Program-made: the position numbers and the translations under genes
From: the human T2T-CHM13v2.0 reference genome, Homo sapiens
Length of the DNA stretch: 64,000 bases
Direction: 5' to 3' (one strand)
NCBI RefSeq assembly: GCF_009914755.1
Contig: NC_060926.1
Shown here: positions 1 through 12,317 of the stretch, one piece after another
Position numbering within the stretch: the stretch's first letter is position 1
Layout: each line of letters opens with the position of its first letter
The notes under the pieces: model-generated
What the model was told of the DNA's origin: nothing
Database searches by the model: none
The model's input: the letters and a program-made list of their open reading frames with translations, nothing else

Positions 1-654
1 TGAAAAGTTATGATTATTTATTTTACCTTATGTCAACATATGGAGCAGTTCTTAAGTGACTGAAAATTGATCATCCAAGGTCAACACATACCCTATTAGC
101 CATTCAATAGTTTTCTTTACTAATGCCTGAGTAATCCTCAAGAATTGAAGTAAATGCCAGACCGTTTACCATTAAATATTCTGAGATACTATCATTTGTT
201 TTCACAGAAAATAAATGGTGAAACATCAAATACATCCACGTAATAGTCACTGTGAGTGTCATAAGTAGAAATATGTATTTTTAATAAAGCATTGATACAT
301 TTATTTATGTAGTAAGCAAATATAGAAGGAAACTCAGATATGGAAAATTAGATAGATGCATGTGTCACCCATGACATTTACTATAATAACTTGGGTAAAA
401 ATCTCTCCTAGGAAGCTTTTATTGGCCAATAGAAGCATTTTAAATATCTAGTAATGCCTATAGAAATTTACCATGAATCAATGCTTAGTTAGGCTGCTCA
501 CATCTTGTTTAACAAAGTGTCTGTCTGGAGCAAAGCTGTGGCTTCAATGCATCTGGAAAGTGGGGTTGTGAAGTACATTTTTTTCCCAAATATGTATTTA
601 AATGAGTTGCATACATGGGAACATTTTTAGTCCAAGTTAATTTTCTTGGACTAC

Positions 655-1050
655 AAGAGGGAGATGCAGTGAATCTACAAGTGCCCCCTCCATAGCTTCT
701 GTGTGTTTTTGCTTCTAACATCATACACCTGAGGAACATTACAAATACTCGAGCCATTTTGCTCATATCCTAAGAAGTTCACATCACACATACACAACTC
801 TTAGCCAATGACAGACAGCTGCAGGAATGTGAAAACTCCCCTTGTTTAGCCTTAGCAGGGAAAAACACCGAGGCAAAATTTATACCCTAGAGCTCCCCTG
901 TGGAAACATGATGAGGGTGGCTAAAATTGAACCCTTGCTTTGTTTCTTCCTCTTCCTTCTCCTGTTTCCCTGACATTTTTATAATTATCAGTTTAGAACA
1001 CTTGCCTGATAAATCTTTTACATACTAATCTTCATTTCAAGAATATCTTG
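655..1050 (+). mobile_element. Degenerate ERVL LTR (LTR16-like)
   Basis: AGCCAATGACAGACAG, AGAGCTCCCCTGTGG and the 3' part AACACTTGCCTGATAAATC...ACTAATCTTCATTTCAAG resemble the recalled LTR16 consensus; boundaries approximate. Confidence 0.55.
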
Positions 1051-1764
1051 TGATACGTATGTGAGTATACATTTATTTTAGGGCAGACGCAATTGAAGTG
1101 CAAGAAAACAGAGAGAATCCTAGAGAGCATGGGATGTTAACTCTCCCTACCTACGCTTTTGGGCTGATTTGGAACCCAAAAAGACTTCAGCTTCTGGAAG
1201 AAGGCACTAGTTTATGAGCTACTTTTTGATTCAGAGTAATGTCCATGGTGTTTTCAGAATAAGATGACAAAATATAGGACAGGGTTAGGGAGAGGAGCAT
1301 TTTCCACATTCTTGTGGAAAATTCCTTAATGCTTGGGCACCTCAAGTACTGTTGGCTTTAAAGCAACTGGGGAGAATAACCTCATTGGCATTGACATAGA
1401 GAGTTTTCGCAGTAGAGGCAGTGATGAGGCACCAGGAAGAGGAGGAAACGTGGAAAATCGTGTGCAGACTTGTTTCTGAGAACATGAGACACCACCTCAG
1501 GGAGATTCCATAAAGAATTGTGGGAGCTTATGGGAGAACCATGGAGAATATGAATCTTATTGTCATTGAGCTGTGATACATTCAGGTTACATTCATGAAC
1601 TGTATATTTCTGAGAGACCTTCTATTTCTTTTCTAACTCAGTAATGCCAAGTATGTTGAGTGAAAAGGTGATAAAACTAATAGCTCACACTGCACCTGGT
1701 TTCTCAAAGCACTTAATTCTTGAATCTATTAGCAAATCTCCTGTGTATGTGGCTTTCACATCAT

Positions 1765-1895
1765 TTTCCCCATTATTTTGGAGATGAAACGAGACTGAGA
1801 CATGTTTAAATTCATATAGCTGTTACATAGTAGGAAATGTGTTTAAGCCCATGTCATTTAATTTCAAATCTCGTTCTATAGTTTCATAACACTGT
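1765..1895 (-). mobile_element. MIR SINE fragment
   Basis: CCCATTATTTTGGAGATGAAACGAGACTGAGACATGTTTAA resembles the reverse complement of the MIR core. Confidence 0.5.
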
Positions 1896-2056
1896 ACTAT
1901 GAACACTTTAAGCTCTTCAAAGAAAAGTGAAAAATGTGTCGTATCTCTTATGTACCCTCACATAGAACTACTTTTAACTGTATACCTTTTCACCATACCA
2001 TAAATGTCAATTTTCAAATGTTATTGCATTTGTAGAATTTCCAAAACAAGTTACAG

Positions 2057-2332
2057 CTGTAATCCCAGCACTTTGGGAGGCTGAGGCGGGCAGATCACCT
2101 GAGGTCAGGAGTTCGAGACCAGCCTGACCAACATGGAGAAACCCTGTCTCTATTGACAATACAAAAAATTAGCTGGGTGTGGTGGCCCATGCCTGTAATC
2201 CCAGCTATTTGGGAGGCTGAGGCAGGGGAATCGCTTGAACCTGGGAGGTGGAGGTTGCGGTGAGCTCAAATCACGCCATTGCACTCCAGCCTGGGCAATG
2301 AGAACGAAACTCCATCTCAAAAAAAAAAAAAA
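2057..2332 (+). mobile_element. AluSp, 5'-truncated by ~20 bp
   Basis: Dimeric Alu with AluSp-type ACATGGAGAAACCC and GAGGTTGCGGTGAG, an A-tail, and AGTTACAG on both flanks (TSD). Confidence 0.93.
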
Positions 2333-3074
2333 GAGTTACAGGTGCTAGTCTGGCAGAAAATAAGCCAGTAGAAACTAAGAAATACACAGAATTTAATTAA
2401 ATCAACCTATCCAGATAAGTGCCCTTTGAAACTAATAAGAATACAGTATATTTAGGGATTTTCCACTGGGCTTGGATGACTTGGAGGTTTGGATTTCTTC
2501 CCATATGATTTGATTTAAATTTATTTTATGTGAGTTATTTGGTTGGATAATAGGCACATTAAAAATTCTAGTTGTCTTCAGACTGACTTATTTTCTTCTA
2601 TTGTATTTTCAGTAGTTGTCAAATTTTGGATACCATAATTTCAAAGATCTTGGAATTCTGTGTGTATGCGGACATGCATGCATTCTTCTGTGATAAATGA
2701 TATATTCAAGGTTCAGAGGGAGAAAGTATTGTTAACAAAAAATTATCATAAATAAGATTCATAAGAAATTATTATCTTGATATGGATTCTCCTTGAAATA
2801 GCAATACCAAAGTGCTTTGCATCTAACCTTATTTAGTTACTCATGGTATGTGTTTCTGACATCTATAAAATGGGCATGAGAACAAATTGCTATGAAGAAG
2901 TCTGATTTGAGGATCTAATTATATCTTTTCTGTGAATCCACCTTTTAATAGCAATTTATGGTTCCATAGCTTAAAAATGAAATTTTCAGATGCATACCTA
3001 AGACAAAGGGGAAAAACTATGAGCATCTATATTAAAGCACTACAGAACAAAAACTCAAGAAATGACTGTGCTCC

Positions 3075-3415
3075 TACAAGGCCACTGACTTATTGTATTA
3101 TTTTGAACAATTCACTCAATATTTGTAAACATCAGTTTGTTCATAAGTAATATGAATTGCAAATATGTGGTACCTAAAACTTAACATCATAAATCTCACA
3201 ACAGCCTGATGAGGCAGGCTCTATTAATAGCATAGTTTTACGGATTAAAAAAGAACTTAGACACAGAAAAGTAAAAGAACTTACCAGTGTTGTTCAGATG
3301 TTTAGTGGTGAAGCTGCAAATTGAACCAAATCAGTGTGCTTAGTCATTATCCTGTGCCACCTCTTTACTTCAAGATGTGAGAATTGGATTAGATGACTTA
3401 CTAAATCCTTTCAAA
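3075..3415. mobile_element. Nested MIR relics: a + strand MIR interrupted by a - strand MIR at ~3185-3360
   Basis: AATCTCACAACAGCCTGATGAGGCAGGCTCTATT is antisense MIR; GAATTGGATTAGATGACTTACTAAATCCTTT resembles a MIR3/MIRc tail on +. Confidence 0.55.
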
Positions 3416-3794
3416 ATATAAAACGCTATAATTTGATAAAGCATATAATCCTCTCCTAATTTAAGACACTTCATACAGCTTCTGAAATACCTAAGTATGT
3501 GTTTGGTCTTTAGTTACGACGTGCATTCTTTGTCCACTAAAAAAAGTGAGAAGTATTTAAGTAAGAAGTATCTTCTAATCAAACAGCTTCTCCTTGTGAT
3601 AATGTCCAGCATTCAATGATATCAGATCAGTCTTCTAAACTTAGATAAGCTCTTTGCTTTGTATTTTACAATTTGTATTACATGATACAATTTATTTATA
3701 GTTAAGAATGGAGACAGTTTGAGCTCATGTTTCTCAAATGTACCCCAACCCTAATGCAATCACTGTTTCAGTAAGCAGGAACTGGCTATCAATC

Positions 3795-4290
3795 TTTCAT
3801 TTATTCATCCATGCACCTGTCTGTCCAGCAAATTTACAATGACTAATCTTATTTAAGTGCTAGGTATCAAAAGATGAATAAATCATGACGTACTTTCTCT
3901 GAAAAGCTCATGTTTTAGCTTGATACAAAGGGATAAGTTAATCAACTTGAGCAAATTCTGGATGAAAACATGTACAAAGCACAATAAAAGCAGAATGAAG
4001 GGATAGATTTTGTACTAGGGGCGAAGTGGTGGAGAGTAGTTGTAGAAAACACACCTGAAAAGGACCATGACAGATAAGCACCAGTGTTTAACAGAGGTCA
4101 AAGAAATCAGGTTTTATTCTGGGGATGGGAGGCCCAGTAAAGTAACCCAGGATTAAGGAAGGAAGTCAGCAAAGCATCATAAAGGATGTATCAGAAAGGG
4201 GAAAGCTTGGGGGCAGGGCAGCCATGTGGAAAACATTGCAGCAGGTCAGGCAGGAGATGATGATGCCCTAAATGATGATGAGTACCAGGG
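3795..4290 (-). mobile_element. L2 LINE 3' fragment
   Basis: TTCATTTATTCATCC...GTGCTAGGTATCAAAAGATGAATAA...AAGCTCATGTTTTAG is typical of an antisense L2 3' end. Confidence 0.55.
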
Positions 4291-4715
4291 GGAGAAGAGA
4301 ATTAAGTTGATCATGCCTCACACGTTCTCTCTTTTCTTGGGTTAGAACTCAATTCCCAAGTGACCATTTGAGAATAAACAAAGGCTTTCAATAAGACAGC
4401 TTATTTATACTAAGAATTTTTATTGTAATATTTTTTAACTTAATTTCATACTATTTTAAATAAAAAGAGTTCCATTACTTTTGGCAAATACTTAAATTCT
4501 CTGAATTCAAATGCTTCTGGGTATTTTGGACTAAATTATGCAAAATACCTTATGGTTTGGCTATTCCGTGGTTCTAGGGATTCATAGAAGAGTAACTATG
4601 AAAACAAATCTATGTGACAAATCCTAAATGAGTTTCAACTGAAAAAATATTTACTAGGTGTTCTGTGAGTGGATTGAATTTTAGGTGGTATACACCTGGT
4701 TTCTACAATTGAGAT

Positions 4716-4718
<3 letters not shown>

Positions 4719-4746
<28 letters not shown>
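4719..4746 (+). repeat. (CA)14 microsatellite
   Basis: Perfect CA run read directly. Confidence 0.97.
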
Positions 4747-4748
<2 letters not shown>

Positions 4749-6407
4749 AACAGAGACAGAGACAGGGAAAGACTAACAAAAGAGAGAAATAATCAGAATG
4801 AAAGTTGCAGTAAGCCTGATAAACAAAAGTTGTATGAGTTCAAGGAGATATATTGTATCCCAATATAAGTAGCAGTGAGTATGTGCTAAGAGACATTCTA
4901 CCACACTGTGATAGACATTAAGTTAAGCAAACACACTGAGCTGACCTGTTTTACAAAATAGGGGTAAATGAAATATCTCTGCCCTTTATGAAATTGTGCA
5001 GATTTGGTCACCATTGTGCATTGCTTATGATTAATTAGTTTGCCATTCCCCAGACAATAAGTAAATAAATAAATGACTAAATGCACTCGATATTAAACAG
5101 GGTCAGTGTATTTTCATTACATCTTCAGTTTTTCCTGTTACATAATTGTTGTGCTAATGAAGGAAAAGATGAACGAAAGAAAGAAATGCCAATTCTTTGT
5201 AGAATGAAAACAATTTTCTTATCATCCAAAGTAGTGAACTTGGGATGATAAAAATATAAAACTAAATTATTTTCTAGATTCTTTTGTTAGATGTGGTAGG
5301 ACTTTTAACCTTCAGTTAGCCTTTCCATCGCAGCTCTGTTAGGCCCTTTTTGGAGAAGGGAAGAGTAAAGAATTCATTCAAGAGTGAAGAGTTCTCTGAT
5401 GACACCCATGTACAAAAGGGCTATGGGTTTGGATCTAAGAATAGTACAAAGTCATAAGGTCCCACGGCACTTGCCTGGAGGTTAATTAATCGGTATTAGT
5501 ACTCATCTTCCCAACTATATTTTTACTTGCTACCAATAGGCTGAGCAGATGGTAAGGACCAGAAATCTGGCACATCTTGAAAAATAATCAGATCTCATCA
5601 ACTCAATTCGTTTTGGAAACTACATTAGAAACTCATTGCTGACTTAAGGAGAAACAGCTTCCTATTAATATTTGTTCTGGGAACAAGCTTCCTACTGAAA
5701 ACAATTTTTCTCTGGTTAATCACCAGCACCCTCCGCTGTCCACCCCCTGCCCCACCGTCTACCCCACTGCACAACACACAAACTCCTTGTTTCCATTATC
5801 CAGTGAAATAAGTGAATATTTTTTCCTCTAAATAAAAATTTTTAATGAGCTAGGATAGACTATAGCTAGGAGAAGCCACCAAAACTGTTTCTTTTCACTT
5901 TGGCTCACTCCAATGACTTAGAACAATCTGTTGTCCCTTTAAAGAAACTCATACACATAGACACAGAAGAAAAAATGAATCCCAAATCAGTGAAGAAGAA
6001 TAAAGAAAAAACATAAGGTATGTTCCATAAAGGAGCCAAATAGTCAGTCTCCTGCCAGCAAACCTGAGATGATTAATTGCCAGCTCCACAGAAGGTAGAA
6101 AGTTTTAAAACAAGAAAAGAAAAAATAGCGTGAGAAAAAAAAATTGTAAACGTTAAACCATTTAGCTTTCTCTCAAATTATTTGATAACAAATTAAGAAA
6201 AAAAGAACATTGAAGTTAAATCCAATAATGCCTTTCTGGTAGCAGGCACAGATCCAGTCATAAGTCTTATGTAACAGAACCTCTAGGTTACAGCTATCTC
6301 TTAAAGATAGCTAATATCATTATATTACTTAGCACAAAGGTGCAAAGATACTAAAGAAAATTAAGGCAATACCAAAATTTTAACTATGTATAAAAAATAC
6401 AAAGATC

Positions 6408-6691
6408 GGCCGGGCACAGTGGCTCATGCCTATAATCCCAGCACTCTGGGAGGCCGAGGCGGGCAGATCACGAGGTCAAGAGATTGAGACCTTCCTGGCC
6501 AACATCATGAAGCCTCATCTCTACTAAAAATACAAAAATTAACTGGATGTGGTGGCAGGAGCCTGTAGTCCCAGCTACTCAGGAGGAGAGAATCAACTGA
6601 ACCCGGGAGGCGGAGGCTGCAGTGAGCCGAGATCGCGCCACTACACTCCAGCCTGGGCGACAGAGCAAGACTCCCGTCTCAAAAAAAAAAA
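6408..6691 (+). mobile_element. AluSc
   Basis: GGCCGGGCACAGTGG start, AluSc-type GATCACGAGGTCAAGAGAT, A-tail, small internal deletion in the right arm. Confidence 0.92.
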
Positions 6692-6754
6692 TCAATGGCA
6701 TATTTTGGCTTCAAGTTAAATAATTTTTGTTTTTGTTCTTTTGTTTTAGAGAGC

Positions 6755-7805
6755 AGTCTTTTATTTATTCATTTGTATCAATATAATTAATATATATGAA
6801 TATATGTGTGTATATTATATATAGGTATGTATGTATGCGTATGTATTCATATGTGTATGTCAATTTTTTGAAAACCTTGATATGTTAGGCAGTATTGTAG
6901 GAACCGAGGGAAAAAAGTGAACAAAAATGAACTAAAATCCCAGCTTTTGTAGGGCTTATTTTCTACTGAAATAACAGATATTAAACATCAACTTTAAATA
7001 AACTATACAATATTATAAGGTGACCACTACCTTGGAGAAAAATAAGGCAGAGATGAGGGATAGGAAGTGTTGGAATAGGATGGTTTTAACTTAATATTGG
7101 GTGGCTAGGGGAGGCTTTGTTGAAAAGAGACCTTTGAGCCAGGATCCAAAGGAGTTAAGGGAGAGATCTACATGAGGAAGAGGAAACAGTAGATAAGAAG
7201 GCAGCATGTGCCTAGCATTTTTGAGTTATAACAGAACCTCTAGGTTACAGTGAGCAAGTGGAGAGTAGCAGGAGATAAAGGAAAAGAGATAAATGAGGCC
7301 AGATGATGCAATGCTCTGTAGGTAATAGTAAGTGAAGTGACATGGTAAGACCTTGGAAAGTTTTGAGCTGAAAAATGACATATTCTGATATGTCATTTAT
7401 ATATATATATTTTTTTCTTTTTTTTTGAGACAGAGTCTCACTCTGTCGCCTGGGCTGGAGTGCAGTGGTGTCATCTCCGCTCATTGCAACCTCCACCTCC
7501 CAAGTTCAAGCAATTCTCTGCCTCAGCCTCCTGAGTAGCTGGGGTTACAGGTGCCCACCACCACACCTGGCTAATTTTTTTCGTATTTTTAGTAAAGACA
7601 AGGTTTCACCATATTGGCCAGGCTGGTCTTGAACTCCTGACCTCATGATCTACCCTCCTCGGCCTCCCAAACTGCTGGGATTACAGGCATGAGCCACCGC
7701 ACCCAGCCCTGAGTTATATTTTATGAGGGTATTTCAGGCTTCTTCCCATGAAAATAAATTAATGTAGGCAAAAAGCTGAGGCAGGAAGGCTATTGAAATA
7801 ATCTA
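6755..7805 (-). mobile_element. L2 fragment, interrupted by an Alu and a TA-rich tract
   Basis: TTTATTCATT...TATGTTAGGCAGTATTGTAGG...AAAAGTGAACAAAA...GAAAAATAAGGCAG...GAAAGTTTTGAGC match the antisense L2 3' region. Confidence 0.7.
7410..7708 (-). mobile_element. AluSg-type (AluSg7-like)
   Basis: T-tract then GAGACAGAGTCTC...CAATTCTCTGCCTCAGCC...GACCTCATGATC...CCCAGCC. Confidence 0.92.
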
Positions 7806-8104
7806 GGCTTCAAATATAAATTGTGGTGTTGTAGAAAATGTGGGCATTGATAACACCTGACAATCTTTGGTTATAAAGTGGTCATCCAGGTCCTGCTTCA
7901 TTTTTTTTCTTTTTTTTTTTTTTTTAACAGGTAATCACCAACATTGAAACACTTGTTTAAAAACTCTTCGAATCTTGAAAATAAGTTCAAAGACCTCTAA
8001 CAGAAGTGAGAAGTGAATAGTTCTGTTGCATACATTTAATTTTGCAGTTACATTTTTTTGTTGCTTTTAAATAAAAACACTCAAAAAGCCTAAAAAATCA
8101 CCCC

Positions 8105-8215
8105 ATCTCAGTCATGCATGGCCATCACCTAAGAGAGTGCCAGAAATGTAAAATCTGATGCTCCACCCAAGACAACCCCAATTTGTATGCATGTTAAAGT
8201 TGGAGCAGTACAGCT
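8105..8215 (+). mobile_element. MER5A-type hAT-Charlie relic
   Basis: CCATCACCTAAGAGAGTGCCAGAAATGTAAAATCT...CCACCCAAGAC...TATGCATGTTAAAGTTGGAG. Confidence 0.55.
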
Positions 8216-9162
8216 CTATTCCATATTAAATTTATAGACAAAAAAATGGACTTCAGATAGCAAGAGAACAAAGACTCTCTAGATTATTTACATTCATTTG
8301 TGTCTCTGGTTGTCTTAAATAGGTTTTTCCCTCTCTTTGTAACAAGATAATAACCATTGAGAGGCAAATTTCTTACACAGAAAGGTGTAATATTGTAAAA
8401 TTTCTTGTAAAAGGGAGATGGGGGCTTGACTTTGCTCATTGATGTGTCTGAAGCAACTAGAATAGTGCCTCGACCAAAGTTGGTGTTTGCCAATTTTGAA
8501 TAAATTAACATACAAATTTGTATGTACACCTCTCATTCTTACTGACAATGCAAACAAGCCAAACACAAGAATAGATAAATAAATGTAAATCTAAAATATA
8601 ATTAATCAAAACAGTCATCTGCTTGCTTTTGAAGGCTTTGTAAGAAAGGGGTGGCAATGTAAAGATAAGACCAGATTAAATGAGCAAAATAGAATTATAC
8701 TACATAAAGTCCAGTTTCTTTCTTCCTTAAAAAAATTATCTAGAAAAGGTTATTTTCTCAGTAATCTAATTTCTATTGGATCTGAGGCCACAATTAGCAG
8801 TAAAGATAAGAACATAGGTATAATCATTGGTAAGGTGGTAAGACTTTTTCCTACTTTCAATTTGAAAAGTCATGCAATTTCTGTGTCACTATTCATCTAG
8901 CTAACCTTTATTATGCTCTTATTATCAACCTCTTCTATTAAATTATCTTATCCTATATTTGGCTGGTTCTTACTAGTGATATTTAGCTTGTAACTATAAG
9001 AAGTAAGAGGTAGGAAGGAGGGAGAGAGAGAAAAAAAGAGTAAGGGAAAGCCTCTTGCCTTTACCTTATCAGGTAGAAATACAGTTTTTTATGCTAGGTT
9101 TGTAGTACTGAGCAAGACTCTATTTATTAAACACAAGGAGGAGGGAAAAGGAAGATTGCTTT

Positions 9163-11240
9163 AAAATTAATTCAAAATGAATCATAGCTCTAAAGCTCTG
9201 TAGGAAGATGCAAAAGAAAATCTACATATCTTCTGGATAGGCAAATATTTCTTAGAGTATACACCATAAAAGATAAATGACATGCTATAAAAGTTTGATT
9301 AATTAAAATTTATCAAAATTAAGAAGTATGCTGATTAAAAGATATGGTAAGAAAATAAAAAGGCAAGCCACAGACTGGATCTACATTGACATGGAAATCA
9401 CATAGCTTTTCAAATTGAAGTTATGAAAAAAACCTTAATGTTCTATCTAATGATTATACCAATGTGCTTATCTTTAAGGAAAAAGAAACTTTAGAGTTTA
9501 TAGAGTCTATAGTCTATTTTGCCCACTTAATCTGGTCTTATCCTTATATTACCAAGCCTTTCTTATAAAACCATTTAAGAACAAGCAAATTGACACAATG
9601 TAATTCTGACAGACAACTTATATTCAGATTATGTAAATAATAAAAGTTTTGAACAGATATTTTCTAATAGATGATAGACAGATGGCCAAGAAATACACAA
9701 AGATTCTCAACTAAATAAATAGCAAGAAATTTCAAGGTAAAATCACAATGAGCTACTACTTTACATTCACTACAATAGTTAAAATTAAAAAGATGGGCAA
9801 CACCAAGTATTAGAAAACATTTTATCAGTTTCTCATAAGGTTATACCTACACTTATCATGACTCAGCAATTCTTCTGCTGTGCATTTACGCAAGAAATAT
9901 GAAAATCTATGTCTACACAAAGACTTGCACACCAATTCATGCTACCTTTATTTAGAATAGCCAAAAACTACAAGTAATCTGTGCCATTTGTCAGTTTATT
10001 ACCTCTCAACTATGAATACACTGTGCATTCACTGCTGGGTGAAAATAGAGCTGTGTGCATTAAATATTTCTCCTTTGAATAATAATACAATACTAAGATT
10101 TATCCCAGAAGATGCCAGAAGAAAGTACAAGGTGAAAGGACACTTCTTGATTTCAGCATGCCCCTCTTACCAAGCTCCTTCTACTTGCAGTTTCACTAGT
10201 GATGGGCACATGGAGAGTCTAGCTTTTCCAATGTCCAGCCCCTGCTGCATACATTTCCCCCAGTGCCCAGCCCCCAGAGTTAAGGGCTTCTCCAGACATG
10301 ACTTCTTATAATGACTGACAGCCATCAGGGACCCAAATCTCCCACTATACCTCTTACCTGGGTTGGTGGACTGATATCAATAGAGTACCTCCCCAACGAA
10401 CATCTTCACCTATACCCCATCAGTAGGTTTGCAGTGAGTTCCAAACACAGCATCTTTCTTGGCATGGCTTCTCCCAGCACCAGAGAGGGTATATTTTCAG
10501 CAAGTTCCATTGGTACCTTACTGTCTTCTCTATCATCCAGTGAACCACATCTATTTCTTCTCCAGTGAAGTCTGGATCTCTACTTTTGATGAAAAAATTC
10601 CTCTTCCTTGGGTACTCTATTATTTTGGGATAGTATGATTTTTCCACTGTTTATGGTTCTTATATTCATTTGAGGTCTCTCTACTTCTTGCTAGCCAATC
10701 ACATGTTAGTTCTATTTTTTGTTATAGTTAATATTTTTTCATACTAAAACTTTCTCTGTTTAAACTACTGTTTCTTTCTCCTAGTTGGACCCTGACTGAA
10801 ACACAACTAAATTGTCTACCAATTTTACAAGTGAATAGACAAATACATAATGGTATGTATCTAAAAGTGACTACTACTCAACCATGAAAAAAGAACAATG
10901 AGGTGATATGCAACAATCTGAAAAATATCTCAAAAACATATTGAATGAAAGAAACCAAACACAAAAGAATTCTTACCATAAAATTCCATTTCTATAACAT
11001 TTTAGAATAGGCAAAGCTAACACATAGGGAGAGAAAGCAGGTCCATGGTTGCTTGAGGCCATATATAAGGGGAGGGGGAATTAACTGTAAAACAGCACAA
11101 GGTTACTGTGTAGGGTGATTACAATATTGTATTTTTTATTATGTTGGTAGTTGCATGAGCATATGCATTTGTGAAAAGTCATCAAATTGAAGCAGGTGCA
11201 TTTTATTTTCTCTAAATTATACCTCAATAATTTGTTTAAA
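9163..11240 (+). mobile_element. L1ME-type 3' ORF2/3'UTR relic, interrupted by LTR41
   Basis: AAAATTAATTCAAAATG, AAAAGGCAAGCCACAGACTGG and ATGACTCAGCAATT...CACAAAGACTTG; 3' end TAAATTATACCTCAATAA. Confidence 0.75.
9980..10803 (+). mobile_element. Solo ERVL LTR (LTR41-like)
   Basis: Starts TGTGCCATTT...TTTATTACCTCTCA and ends TTGGACCCTGACTGAAACA (TG...CA); L1 sequence resumes in register on both sides. Confidence 0.7.
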
Positions 11241-11319
11241 AATTAAAACAAAAATCATTATTGCACTAGTAAATATTCACTTATCGTGTTATATTAAGTA
11301 TGATTGAAAGTCATGGCGA

Positions 11320-11570
11320 TTGACTCTTCTACATCCATTTTGCCCCAGATAATTAGACTAAGCTCTTTGCATTTTGCCATCGATTTTTTAGAGAATGGGC
11401 ATATGATGCAGGACTGGTCAATGAATCATGAGTTGAATTATTCCAGAAGAGGGAGTTTATGGAGAGAGTTTTCTAGCTCCTGAAAAAGTGATAGAAGAAA
11501 CATAATCTTTCTTTTCTTTCTATGTTCTCATGTCTGGAAATGGATTCTGTGAATGGCTATAAACATCTGG
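11320..11570 (+). mobile_element. Old ERVL/MaLR LTR fragment (LTR33/LTR16-like)
   Basis: GGGCATATGATGCAGGACTGGTCAATGA motif typical of these LTRs. Confidence 0.4.
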
Positions 11571-12130
11571 TGGGATAAACAACCACAAATCTAACTCTCA
11601 GACAGCTAGAAGTACGTATTGCTCATGCAAATGGGGCAATTGGCAAGGCAGCTCTGTTAATGTTGGCTAGACTTAGTTATATATCTGAGGACTGACTGGG
11701 CTATTGGTTGATCCAGACATGCCTTGCTTAAGATGTCTGGGGTGACTCCATGTGTCTCTCATCCCCCAGCAGGCTGGCCCAATCATATTCTCAAGGCATA
11801 AAAGCAAGTCCTTTTCTAAAAAAACATATTTTATTTTATTTTTTAACTTCTGGGATACACGTGCGGTACGTGCAGGTCTTTTACATAGGTAAATGTGTGC
11901 CATAGTGGTTTACTGCACCTATCAACCCGTCACTTAGGTATTAAGCTCTGCATGCGTTAGCTACGTGACATATGCTAACAATCTGCCAAAGCAAGTTGCA
12001 TATCCAAATCAACTTCAAGGTGCATATGCACAGAGTCCGTCTCTTGATTAAGAAGCTGAAATGTAACTTGATAAATGATGTAAAGAAAGGATGAGACAAA
12101 AATTTAAGCTTTTATTCCAGTTAATCTGCC
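11570..12130 (-). mobile_element. MLT1 (MaLR) LTR, interrupted by an L1PA fragment
   Basis: AAACAACCAC...TATTGCTCATGC...CTCCATGTGTCTCTCATCCCCCAGCAGGCT...GCCAAAGCAAGT. Confidence 0.6.
11828..11963 (-). mobile_element. Short L1PA (approx. L1PA8-13) 3' end
   Basis: TTCTGGGATACACGTGC...GTGCAGG...TACATAGGTAAATGTGTGCCAT...CTGCACCTATCAACCCGTCAC. Confidence 0.85.
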
Positions 12131-12317
12131 AATTTAATTTATGCCTATCCTGTTCTAGATCTGTACTTGTCTCATGCAAAGCTGATACACATCTATCTCG
12201 GTCTCAAAATTTCCATCAAACCTTCCGTGCCCTGCTCAAATATCCTCGTCATGAATACATCTCTGATCTTCCCAGCAGGAATTAATCTTTCCCTGTCCTT
12301 TGTATCTCCACATTTCT

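Noticed and set aside
8284-8566. Two overlapping - strand ORFs as a possible coding exon
   Set aside because: No recognisable protein similarity, convincing splice sites or partner exons; the length is compatible with chance.
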